Shown here piece by piece: positions 15,290 through 26,589 of a DNA stretch of 35,189 nucleotides; positions within the stretch are counted from its first letter, which is position 1, and each line of letters opens with the position of its first letter. The stretch is from Octopus sinensis. Its lineage: Eukaryota. The notes under the pieces were generated by a model. The model was not told the DNA's origin and ran no database searches. It worked only from the letters and a program-made list of their open reading frames with translations. Made by a program: the position numbers and the translations under genes. The stretch lies in assembly GCF_006345805.1 (NCBI RefSeq), contig NW_021831904.1, forward strand, positions 1 through 35,189. The letters are read 5' to 3'.

Positions 15290-15510
15290 TATATGTATAT
15301 ATATGTATATGTATATATGTATATATATATATATACACATATGTATATACATATACGTGTATATATATATATATATATATATATATGAACATATATAGGT
15401 CTATTATTATACAAGCATACACATACACACACACGCACACATACAATTGCACACTTACGCACATACACACAAATACACACATACACACACACTCACACAC
15501 ACATTTATAT
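14610..15510. repeat. (CT)n, (TATC)n, (CA)n and (TA)n compound microsatellite
   Basis: Direct reading of the sequence. Confidence 0.95.
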
Positions 15511-16019
15511 TTGTAACTAGGTACATATGCGTTCATGAATATCCTTCGTCAAGCATGAATTGGCCAGGCGGTTCATGTATTCATCGTTTTTAAAGTTATA
15601 TATATTTTTTGCACTTAAATCTGAAAGATATTATGTGTAAACTACATGCAACGGTATGAAGATGACTTTGACTTGTGAAACTAGATTATAGGCAAGTGAG
15701 TGAGGATGGGGGATAAGGCCATTGCATGTATGTCATTTGTGAAGGTATATGTATGTGCGTAATTATGTCTGCTTGACCATGTTGTTTGTGTCTGTGTTTG
15801 AGCAATGAGGGAAAGAGAATAGCAGAGGGCGAGGAAATAGGGTATGGGGGAAGAGAAGATGGGGAATTTATGAGGGTGAGGGAGTGAGAGACAATACATT
15901 TCTGGTCATTGCATGTGTGACACGTGACTTTTTTTTACCTGTCTTTGCATGTTTCTGTATGTATGTAGCGGAATATGAGACATGGCGAGAAAGAGAAATA
16001 GATAGACGTATATATACCC

Positions 16020-16077
16020 TTTTACTTGTTTCAGTCATTTGACTGTGACCATGCGGGAGCACCGCATTTAGTCGAAC
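16020..16077 (-). mobile_element. 3'-tail-only fragment of SINE family B
   Basis: TTTTACTTGTTTCAGTCATTTGACTGTGACCATGCGGGAGCACCGC matches the tail of the copies at 24070 and 32450. Confidence 0.8.
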
Positions 16078-16246
16078 GTTTATAAGTTCCCTCTGCCTTT
16101 CTCTTAAAACTTATCCCATCACCGTACGGTTCTACAATTAGTGAAATGACAGTGCCAACAGAAGCATTGTTCTGAAAATTAGACAAAACAAATGGCGTCT
16201 GTTTCAGAATGCATGTTTTATTCGCTATTAGATTTACAGTAGACTA

Positions 16247-16724
16247 AAGCGGCGAGCTGGCAGAATCGTTGGCACCTCAGGCGAAATGCGTAGCGGTATT
16301 TCGTCTGCCGCTATGTTCTGAGTTCAAATTCCGCTGAGGTCGACTTTGCCTTTCATCCTTTCGGGGTCGATTAAATAAGTACCAGTTACGCACTGGGGTC
16401 GATATAATCGACTTAATCCGTTTGTCTGTCCTTGTTTATCCCCTCTGTGTTTAGCCCCTTGTGGGTAGTTAGTTAGTTAGTTAGTTAATTTTTGGCTCAA
16501 AAAGAAAAAAGCAAGGCCATGTAGGGGGACATGGAGTTATGTACATGGTAACAAAGAAATAGGTATTTCATCTGCCTTTACGTTCTGAAATTTCGCCGAG
16601 GTCGACTTTACCTTTCAACCTTTCGGGGTCGATAAATTAAGTACCAGTCAAGTACTGGATCGATGTAGTCGCCTATCCTCCTCTCACAAATTCGAGGCCT
16701 TGTGCTTATAGTAGAAATAATTAT
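16247..16724 (+). mobile_element. SINE family A dimer: full subtype-1 unit followed by a headless subtype-2 unit
   Basis: Head GCGGCGAGCTGGCAGAATCG...GAGTTCAAATTCC, then the core and the subtype-1 tail. The sequence restarts at GGTATTTC (about 16562) and ends GGCCTTGTGCTTATAGTAGAAATAATTAT. Confidence 0.88.
16468..16545 (-). mobile_element. About 78-bp 5'-truncated retroposon 3' end with (TAAC)n tail, inserted in the SINE-A tail
   Basis: It interrupts GTGGGTA|ACAAAGAAATAGG. The minus strand ends ...GAGCCAAAAATTAACTAACTAACTAAC and carries a CCATGT-loop-ACATGG stem-loop at 16517-16534. Confidence 0.65.
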
Positions 16725-16879
16725 ATTTATTGCAGACTGAAATGAGTTATATATCTCTGATGAGCCATTTTTATATGCTGAGACTAATGAAATCGGTCTC
16801 TTTTTCTTACAAGTGAAAAAAATCAGCTGTACTTATTTTCTTTTACTTATCTGAAAATCTCCATAAAATGTCTAGTCAG

Positions 16880-18510
16880 TAACACGTAAAAATCGTGAAA
16901 AGAACGAACTGGAAGGGATACTTTTACGAAAACAGCTACTCGACCTCATTAAGATGCACATTCTGAATAAAAACCGAAATGCCACACCCCACAGTAAAGA
17001 ATTTGGAAACAGAACTCCAAGACCGAACTACAGTGTGATTTGTAGAAAAACCCCATATACTTGCAATTTCCTATATTGATATTATGACCATTAAGAACTC
17101 TAACAAAATTTATATGTCTTGCAGGCGAAATGGAGAATCTCAGCGAACTAGATAAAGTCACTAATTTTAAGCATTTCATCAACTATATCACACAACAATC
17201 GCCTCAAGTACCTGTCGTATTATTAAATACGAAGCAAAAATAATAGATCGAAACTCAAACTAGATTTAAGAAGTGGCATATTTAGCCAAATGCGAGCCTA
17301 TGTAACGTTTCATGATCACAAAGATAAAATCTCAGCAAACCTCAAACGCTGGATAACAAGTCCTGCTAAGAATGAATTTAGTAATGTCAGCAAACACGTA
17401 GTAAACCACATTGATATTAAAATTAGAAATACCATCACACTGTGACCAGTAGTTGACTAAATTAATATATATATATATATAAAGCTGAAGTTGTCTGTGT
17501 GTGGCAGGTTTGGTAGCCTTCAACTAACACTATCTCCTTCGAGATCCTGCGGCGCAAGTTGACCAAAATTGAGAGTATGATAGAAGAAGGCTTGCTCTTC
17601 ATTCCGTAGAACATAAAATTCAAATCGGACCATGTTAAGACCAAAAATTATTTACATCAAAAAGGTGCTCTCTTTTTCTATGAAAATCTCTATTTTTTAC
17701 GATTTTTTTACTGCTGTGTCGTCATTTTTAAGTGTATTTCAACCGGAAAAATGTTCACTTAAAGAGAATAACAAGCTACATAATGCAAAACTTTTACTTT
17801 TCAAAAATTCCAGTTCAAAAAGGTCGAAACAAACGCGAGCAACGCCGGGCGATACTGCTAGTTAGCGATAAAAACGGATACAAAATTCACTCAGAGGGAT
17901 ATTGCCAAACTGGACATGAAAATTGTGAAGCTTTTCCTTGGTAGGACCATGGAATTTGATATGACTCATTGTGATATTGATGTTATTACTTACGACATAA
18001 TCAGGTACATGAGAAAGTCAGTTTCTTTAACAGGGATTTTATATAGGTGAAAGAAACTAAAAATGCATTTGATGTTGGACTGGTATACGTAAACAGAGCA
18101 AAGATTTAGATGGAATATTCAGTCCAGAGAAGCTTAAGTCTAGATGCAACAGTGTAGACATAGGCCTCCACAGAGATGATAGCAAAGCTACTTCTAACAA
18201 TATAAATAGACGAAATTTGGATAAAAGAAAGATCTAATTAGTAACTCTTAAAAAAACAATTGATCAAAATTAATGAAACTAAAATAATAACAACAATTAA
18301 CGTTTTAGGTTTTACCAGAGGTCTCAGCACATTTCAGCAGATCCCATTCAAAAACAATGCAAAAGCCCAATTTACACAAACTATCCACTTTCTTAGCACC
18401 ACTGCAACAATTTCAAGATTTCAATTAGCTAAATATCCCCAAAGTAACATTTAATGCAACGAAATGCTGGAGAAGACCAGATTTAAAGAAAGTATTAAGT
18501 TTACTCTTAA
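16880..18510 (+). pseudogene. Penelope-like retroelement reverse-transcriptase fossil, interrupted by a Helitron
   Basis: Collinear motifs across frames: IKNSNKIY, IKYEAKII, RAYVTF/DHKDKISANLKRWITSPAKNEFSNVSKHVV, VVD*IN. After the Helitron: TKFTQRDIAK, IIRYMRKSV, VKETKNAFDV, DIGLHRDD (decayed YRDD catalytic motif), NRRNLDKRK, TTINVLGFT, NEMLEKTRFKESIKF. Many stops and frameshifts. Confidence 0.8.
17466..17861 (+). mobile_element. Non-autonomous Helitron (Lep1-like architecture)
   Basis: 5' end (TA)n-TAAAGCTGAAGTTGTCTGTGTGTG. The 3' end has a GC-rich imperfect hairpin CGCGAGCAACGCCGGGCG followed by CTAG (17858-17861) and then T. There is no TSD, and the flanking Penelope coding sequence resumes after it. 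Confidence 0.8.
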
Positions 18511-19355
18511 GTTTGATCCAATTCCAGCCAATAAAACTGAAAACTTCTCTCTATACACAATGTATACATATTGTTAATGTGTATACATGCCAGTATACAC
18601 AAAGCTGTTTCAAGTACGTATATTAATTTAATTTTTGCCATGGTAGTTTTCTCACATATCAGTAAATGTTTACCCACGTCTATTTCGCAAAAAATGTTTT
18701 TCGGCTTAGCACGGAATCTCCGGGTAATTGCCACCGGAGAGACCAAATCAGGCCGAACACCGAGTCTGGTAATCCACCAAAATTCTGTGAGGCCCTGTGC
18801 TTTTAAAACGTAGGTCTGTATAAGTCTGTCTGCGATAAAATATTACAGTTAGCGCCGTTCCACGTCTGTATACGCATCATAAGCGTGTACATATGCCAGT
18901 ATTTTAATCTAAGGTGTGTATTAGTTTTATATACATGCATCATGTATACATGTTTATATAAATATATATACATTCATGTGTGTATGTGTGCGCGCATAGA
19001 GTCCACCATAGTTCAAGAGGCTTCTTGAAATGAAGACGAAATATGAAGAGATAGAAAGACAAGAGAAAGCAAGAGAATGGGCGAAAGGAGAACTCTGGGG
19101 AGAGACAGATAGAAAGGAAAACAAACAGTAGGAGAGAGACAGAGGGGCAGACAGACAAAGAATGTAGGAGGAGGAAGGAAGAGAAGAAGGAGGAGGAGAG
19201 AGGAAAAGAAAAGGGTTAATTTTTCTATCGACAATATTTTGTGGTTTCATTTGAATACGAGTGATAATTTTGAAAAATGTTTTTCCATGTGTGCTGGATC
19301 TGGCTTTGTAAACTGGAATACAATCCTAATCGGATACGGTGTTTCTAAATACTTT

Positions 19356-19394
<39 letters not shown>

Positions 19395-20254
19395 CACACA
19401 TACATACTCACGAACATGCTCATGCACTCAAACTGCTCATACGCGTTTCTGTTCATTTGTTCACACGTGTTGACTAAATTACAGACGAAAACATACTCAT
19501 CAAAAGACACACACACACACATACACACACACACAAACATGTATGTAGGCATGTATAATCCCTCACATTTTCTTCCTCTTTCTTTCTTTATTTCTTTCCT
19601 CCCATCTTTATCTCTTCCTTGTTGTTGAAGACATTTCCAAAGGATTTTCATTGACGTTATTAATATTCCCATTTTTCACAAATTTTCCTTCAGATGTTTG
19701 ATATGAATCGTCGGTCACGAAACCAGTGCTGAAGTTATGGAGACAGTCATAAACCATCTATTTGCGTTCCTAACCTTGTTCATCCTTCAACTGTTTCATG
19801 TATTATGCGATCCACAGCAACGCCTCTTTCTCTACACACTTGATTCCATTTCTCAAAAATCTCCCCTTAACTTTTCCTATTTGTTTGGCTGGATGTTGAA
19901 CAACGGCAAGGTCCTGTTGATGGCGTCATTTTGCTATACGCGTACATTTTGAGTGGCAAACCAGAACACGTACAGAATACTACATCTATTTGGGCATTTT
20001 TTGTGTACGGCATTAGTTTTTACGTATTATCGGACTTGCTTTCCAACGTCGGTTTAGATTCTCGTAGATTGGTTCTTACAAATACATCGTTGTCTGTGCC
20101 TATACAACAATCAACGATGTACATGCAGCAAGATCTCATTTGCCGTATACGAGATGTCAGCAGCCATTGTTAGCAAATCAAAGAGGAACACTTTTGTAGC
20201 CAGTATCACCACAGCATTCATTGTCACAACTACTATGACCTTATTGATGTTGGT

Positions 20255-20345
20255 TTTCATGATGGTAATGATGATGATGATGACGATGACGATGACAATG
20301 ATGGTGTTGATGATGACGATAATGACGATAATGATGTTGACGATA

Positions 20346-20395
<50 letters not shown>

Positions 20396-20710
20396 GATGA
20401 TGATGTCGACGACGACGACAACGAGGAAGACAATGGTAATGAGGATGATGATGATGGCGATGGTGATGACGATGAATCGATGAGGACGACTACGTTGATG
20501 ATAACGATGATAATGAGGATGATGATAAAGTGGATGGCAATGCTACTGCTAATGGTGATGATGATGATAATGATGGTGATGAGTATCATATCGACAATGA
20601 CGAAATTTATGATAATGATGAATATAATGATGATGATGCTGATGCTGATGATGATGAAGATGGTGATGATGATTTTGATGTGGAGGGGAGGGGTATTTTG
20701 ATGATGAGGT
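20255..20710. repeat. (GAT/GAC)n trinucleotide tract
   Basis: Direct reading; a second tract lies at about 21235-21360. Confidence 0.95.
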
Positions 20711-20793
20711 CGGTGATGGTGTTAGCACTTTTGCAAACATTCATCAAACTACCGAAAACCACCCCTGCTATTCCTCTCCACAATCATCACCTC

Positions 20794-21030
20794 TAACAGG
20801 ACAGCGGTAAAATCACGCAAGCCAACGTGCTCGCTTAGAATGCTAGAAATAACAACTAAATTTCCTTCAAATTACACCTTGCCTGCCGTCTTAGAAAATG
20901 ACATGTTGGATTACGTAGTCCTGGGCACTCTGTACAATGACGGGATGGTCACGGCTGGAATGCTTTTCATGATAGGTCTGCTCGAAAATGGATGACTTGG
21001 GGCTAAAGAACAAGTGACAACAACAACAAG
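20794..21030 (+). mobile_element. Dispersed repeat family D (probable SINE/LINE 3' part with (CAA)n tail)
   Basis: GCTAGAAATAACAACTAAAT... and GGGATGGTCACGGCTGGAATGC...GGGGCTAAAGAACAAG align with the reverse complement of 30131-30340. No head is identifiable. Confidence 0.65.
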
Positions 21031-21306
21031 GAAAATAACAATATTCTTTGTCACACTTTTTTCATGTCCTTTTCCCGGTTCTCCCCTTTCTTTCTTTCTT
21101 TCTTTCTTTCTTTCTCTCTTTTTCCTCTCTCTCTTTTCTTTCACTCTCCTCCCGCCGTCCCTCTGTCCGTCCCTCCTCCCTCCCTCTTTATTTGTGCTGA
21201 AAGTAAAATAATCAAGTTGTCTGCGGCCCAGTTCATTATGATGATAATGGTGATGATGGCGGTGGTGTTGCTGGTGGTGATAATGACGACGACGACGACG
21301 ACGACA

Positions 21307-21350
<44 letters not shown>

Positions 21351-22407
21351 CACGATGATGTGGAGAGGGAGAAAGGCGGAGAATGCAGAGTAACGGGGAA
21401 GGGAAGACAGAAGGACGTCTCACCATCAATTACAGCATTCATCAACACCACAACACCACACCGCCACTACCCATCGTCACCACCACAACACAATGACAAG
21501 AGAACAACTTCTCCCTCACCGCTTTCTCACTCGCTCCCACTTTTTCCTCATCCCCCCCTTTACCCTTTTCTGTTACTATCTCTCACTCTTGCTCCCCCTC
21601 TCTCCCTCTCCGGTGCTGAAAGTCATAAAAGCAAGATGTCTGCGACTTCATTCATTGACCAGCTAGATAGATAGATGAGTATATACGTCAGTTTGACACT
21701 AAATACTGTTTTAAAACTAAGGTCGAAAGTTGCCCAGGCGACTTGCCGGCAGACACGGACCACCCACAGAGTTTTCATTTCTCTGTTTCTTTTTTTTTAT
21801 CTTTCGTGTGTTTTTTTTTATAATTTTTTATTTATTTTATTAATATATTATTTTATTTCGTTTCGTCCTATTCTACTTTTTTTTTTTAAGAATGATATTA
21901 AGTATCTATTAGTTCTTGTTGGTCCTGATTGAGCAGAACTGTGATCAATGATAGGGATAAGAAGAAAAAAAACCCATCAAGGAAGCGTTCTGCATGCTAA
22001 ATACAAATGAGGTAGCGTCTGACGAATGTAATATAGTGAGTTGAACAAAAAAAAAATTTCTGTGGAAAATATCTAAGCAATTTAGGGTCGAAAAATCTTA
22101 AGATAACAAGCAGGGGAGATAACTCCAGTAATGACAATTGACCATAATTTTCAGACCATAGCAACGATACGTGTTGGAGTAGTTCTGGTCTTTAAAGCAA
22201 AATGATAAATGCAACCGACATATTTTGCCTTATTATACATTTTCTCAAGGAAGTATAGTATGTTTAGTTGACTAAGACTAGAAATGGAGGGTGTATAGTG
22301 AGGCCGATTAGGAATATTAAAACTATAACTGAGGGAAAATACCCAAGGGCCGTGCGTTCCGTATACGAAAGGCAGATGGTAGGGTCTCAGGTATTATAAG
22401 TGTTTGG

Positions 22408-22887
22408 CTTAAGCTTTTAACTCCATGGAGAGCAGAGTGTGTTTACGAGAGATCTTCATCTGCTTCGTTTTTGGCAATGGATTGCTACAGTACTCAGTTT
22501 TAGCTGCCTACAAGTGCTTCCATTTCTCCATGTTGATTTTGTTCTGCTACGCTTGTGTTTCCCTTGGAGTATCCATCAGAGAGCTTGCCTCGTGATGTCA
22601 GAAACAGATTTCCGGAGAGTGTGCCTAAAGCAGTTATAAAGAACAAAGATTTGAAAAGCTACAGTTGATTTCAAGATGTTCATAGCTATTTGGAGAACTT
22701 GTGAACAAACACAAAATAAGGATCTGTAACATGAATGTGAAGACAGCTCTGTTGTATGCAATGTGAAGCAAGGTGAACCACAAAGTTCTCCATCGACAAA
22801 TACCAAGCGTTTGGAAACAGTTGGCTCCGCAACATCATCACGAGCAAAACCTCGGGAATACAAGCGGATCAGTAACCTATCGAAACG
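22408..22887 (-). mobile_element. RTE-clade LINE 3' fragment with 5' inversion
   Basis: Minus 22638 to 22417: NCFRHTLRKSVSDITRQAL*WILQGKHKRSRTKSTWR...RSLVNTLCSPWS*. Plus 22641-22887: KI*KATVDFKMFIAIWRT / KIRICNMNVKTALLYA / CEAR*TTKFSIDKYQAFGNSWLRNII / DQ*PIET. Both resemble RTE ORF C-terminal motifs. Degenerate TSD at 22392-22407 versus 22888-22904. Confidence 0.82.
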
Positions 22888-23240
22888 TAATATAAATGAT
22901 TTTGAAACACAAAAAAGAAAAAAAATCATTCAGCTGCGATTATCAAGAAAGGTTTCTCAGTGGAACTCATTGAGTCTTTTTGGCATATACAAGAAGATAA
23001 TTCCTAATGTTTGGGGGAAAATATTGCATTATCACAACACATTCTAGTCCAAGATATTTCATAACACAAAAAATTAAAGATAGTAGAATTTGATTACAGT
23101 TTTAATGAGTCAGAGCTAAGTATAGTTTTGTAAGAATATAAAGTAAGAATTGAATTATTATTTTAAGAAGGTAACTAAAAGTTAGTACATTGTAATATAT
23201 TTCATACAAGCAGTAACATTTGGAGCAAAAGTTTCCACTA

Positions 23241-23575
23241 CGCGGCCATGATTGGGCACCAACAATCTTGAAGAATTTAATCGAGCAAATTGACTTAAGT
23301 GCAAATATGTTATTTATTCTACCGGTCAAATGGCCGAACCACTAAGTAACAGTGACATAAGCAAACCAATACCGGTTGTCAAGCTGAAGAGAGACAAACA
23401 CAAAAGAAACACGCATACACATACACCCACATATACACAACGAGCTTCTGTCATAAGGCATTGATCAACACTAGTCGATAGTAGAGGACACTTGACCAAA
23501 GTGCCGCACATTGAGATTGAACTGGAAGCGCTGTGATTGCAAGGCGAATTTCTTAACCTTACAGCTATGCCTGAA
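23241..23575 (-). mobile_element. Old, diverged SINE family B copy
   Basis: GCGGCCATG..GCACC, GCCGAACCACTAAGT, CCGGTTGTCAAG and GACACTTGACCAAAGTGCCGCAC occur in the same order as in younger copies. Confidence 0.7.
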
Positions 23576-23908
23576 CCTTGTTTAAAAATTTTAAAAATTA
23601 TCTCAGTATTCTTAAACAGCAATTTGCGAACCCTCTTCCGAATTCTCATACTCCACTTTCTAGAAAAGTAAAATCAAACAAAGGTGCACGTACAATAGCC
23701 CTATATTTTTGTTGATAGTTAAAACTACTGCATTGAATTTGCCCAGGGTTATCTCCCTTCGGTTTTACCTATTGAGGAAGACTTAAGAGCTAGAAATGCA
23801 GGTCTGGCAATCCGTTAGAGTGAAGCACGGGGTTGATGCGTTTTTACACCTGTTAAAAATAAAAGAATTTTTTTCTCCACAGTAACTGTAGTAAATTTGC
23901 TTTTAGAA

Positions 23909-24768
23909 CAATATTTCTCAACCGGGGTCCATATAAGATTTTGTTAAAATTGATGTAATAAATTGGTTATATTTCTATACATGTCCGGTGACTTCACTGT
24001 CATCAATTCACTGCAATGAATTTGAATTTGAATTAGGTTTTCTTTTCTTCAATAAGATAGTTTTAACTATCTTTTACTCTTTTACATGTTTCAGTCATTT
24101 GATTGCGGCCATGCTGGAGCACCGCCTTTAGTCGAAGAAATCGACCCCAGGACTTATTCTTCGTAAGCCTAGTACTTATTCTATCGTTCTCTTTTGCCGA
24201 ACCGCTAAGTTACGGGGACGCAAACACACCAGCATCGGTTGTCAAGCGATGTTGGGGGACAAACACAGACACACAAACATATACACACGCATACATACAT
24301 ATATACATATACATATATATATGACGGGCTTCTTTCAGTTTCCGTCTACCAAATCCACTCACAAGGCATTGGTCGGCCCGACACTTACTCAAGGTTCCAC
24401 GCAGTAGGACTGAACCCGGAACCATGTGGTTCGTAAGCAAGCTACTTACCACACAGCCACTCCTGCGCCTTATGATGAGATACTATGGATATATTTTCTT
24501 AGTAGACTTTCTTCGTGGCGACCTTTCCACGCAGCGAACTTTCTTCACAGAGAATTGATGGTGTTGAACTCTCCTACAATGTGAGGAATTTACCTGTAAA
24601 TTTACATAAAATATTCTAACAATTTTTAAAATAAAATTCTTAATAATATTTAATTATAAAAATATAATAGGATTTTTTAAACATCACAATGGATATGAGG
24701 GTCCACCTGAATAAAATTGGTATGCTAGGGTGGTCATAGGCAAAAAAAATAATGGTTTAGAACCGCTG
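23909..24768. mobile_element. hAT (Charlie-like) MITE interrupted by a SINE-B
   Basis: TIRs CAATATTTCTCAACC (23909-23923) and GGTTTAGAACCGCTG (24754-24768; reverse complement CAGCGGTTCTAAACC). The 8-bp TSD is TTTTAGAA / CTATAGAA (6 of 8 match, NNNTAGAN). Subterminal GGGTCCA motifs are present. Confidence 0.75.
24070..24470 (-). mobile_element. tRNA-derived SINE family B (CORE-like centre), near full length
   Basis: Minus strand: head AGGCGCAGGAGTGGCTGTGTGG (A box), GGTTCAGTCC (B box), centre ACCTTGAGTAAGTGTC, an internal (TA/TG) microsatellite, and tail ...CTGAAACATGTAAAAGAGTAAAAG. Confidence 0.92.
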
Positions 24769-25029
24769 CTATAGAAGTTAAAATATGTCACAAACATGTT
24801 TTAGCTAATCTAAAGGTTCGTCTATTCCTAATCACTGCTTTGCGCTGATGCTGCTATTTTTAGTATATTATGAATATTCATAAATTAACCAAGATCATTG
24901 TTGTAACTGAGATGAAATGGATCCATCAGAAGATTAACTAAAAACTGGTATCGGTTTTACTGAAGTAAGCCAGGATCTTACCTCCTGCTGTACGTCACTT
25001 GGGCATCAATGAAATATAATCTTCATTGT

Positions 25030-25100
25030 CGTTGCTTAGACCCAGATCGAGCAGATGTATAATCAAAGACGTTTCAATCATGAGCATCCTGCCTCTTTTG
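25030..25100 (-). mobile_element. 3' fragment of repeat family D
   Basis: TTGCTTAGACCCAGATCGAGCAGATGTATAATCAAAGACGTTTCAATCATGAGCATCC is the reverse complement of a diverged version of 20940-21010. Confidence 0.5.
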
Positions 25101-25110
25101 AATACATCTT

Positions 25111-25655
<545 letters not shown>

Positions 25656-26175
25656 TATTATCCAAAGTACCTGTAATTTGAAAGAAACATGGCTGCTAAT
25701 TCTAGCACGTCGAACGACCAGGTTCAAGTTCCCTCATTGGTTTGCTTAAATATTGGTTTATTGGGTAAGCACCAAATAATGTTTTGAAAAGCTTTGTGCT
25801 GATGGTACTGATGCTAGTGCCAGTGTTGGAAGGTGCGGAAGCGATTCCAATTGATAAAGAAGACCAAGTCGCAGAATAATAAACAGGACCCCTCCCCAAT
25901 TGCAAATTCACCCATCACCGTCGCCAATAACCATGTTGCGTCGACAAAATATATAAATTTGATAATATTTTCAAAGTATTAAAGATGTGTTTTATGATTT
26001 TTATTGCTGTTTAGTCTGCAGCAATCGTCTCCTTGTGTGTCATGTTGATGACACGATATAGAATATGGAATATGTTATTATTTTTAATTAATAAAAATAA
26101 TAACAACAGCAACAATAACATTCATTCAAACACAGTACGTACAATAAGACATACGATAAATTTTTTTTTCCTAAT

Positions 26176-26348
26176 AGGCGTAGGAATGACTGTGTGGTTA
26201 GTAGCTTGCTTACGAACCACATGGTTCCGGGTTCAGTCCCACTGCGTGGCACCTTGGGCAAGTGTCTTCTACTATAGCCTCGAGCCGACCAAAGCCTTGT
26301 GAGTGGATTTGGTAGACGGAAACTGAAAAAAGCCTGTCGTATATATGC

Positions 26349-26382
<34 letters not shown>

Positions 26383-26589
26383 ATGTTTGTGTATCTGTGT
26401 TTGTCCCCCTTCCAACATCGCTTGACAACCGATGCTGGTGTGTAACTTAGCGGTTCGGCAAAAATTCCGATAGAATAAGTACTAGGCTTAATAAGAATAA
26501 ATCCTGTGGTCGATTTGCTCGACTACAGGCGGTGCTCCAGCATGGCCACAGTCAAATGACTGAAATAAGTAAAAAGGTAAAGAGAGTAA
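26176..26589 (+). mobile_element. SINE family B, near full length
   Basis: AGGCGTAGGAATGACTGTGTGG...GGTTCAGTCCCACTGCGTGGCACCTTGGGCAAGTGTCTTC; same tail as the other B copies. Confidence 0.92.

Noticed and set aside
16755-16805. CTGATGAG...GAAA hammerhead-like words
   Set aside because: No stem II between the motifs and no stem I/III pairing.
25787-25879. Signal-peptide-like frame VLKSFVLMVLMLVPVLEGAEAIPIDKEDQVAE*
   Set aside because: Very short, closed by stops on both sides, and the hydrophobic run derives from degenerate GTG/CTG/ATG triplets. No good splice sites.
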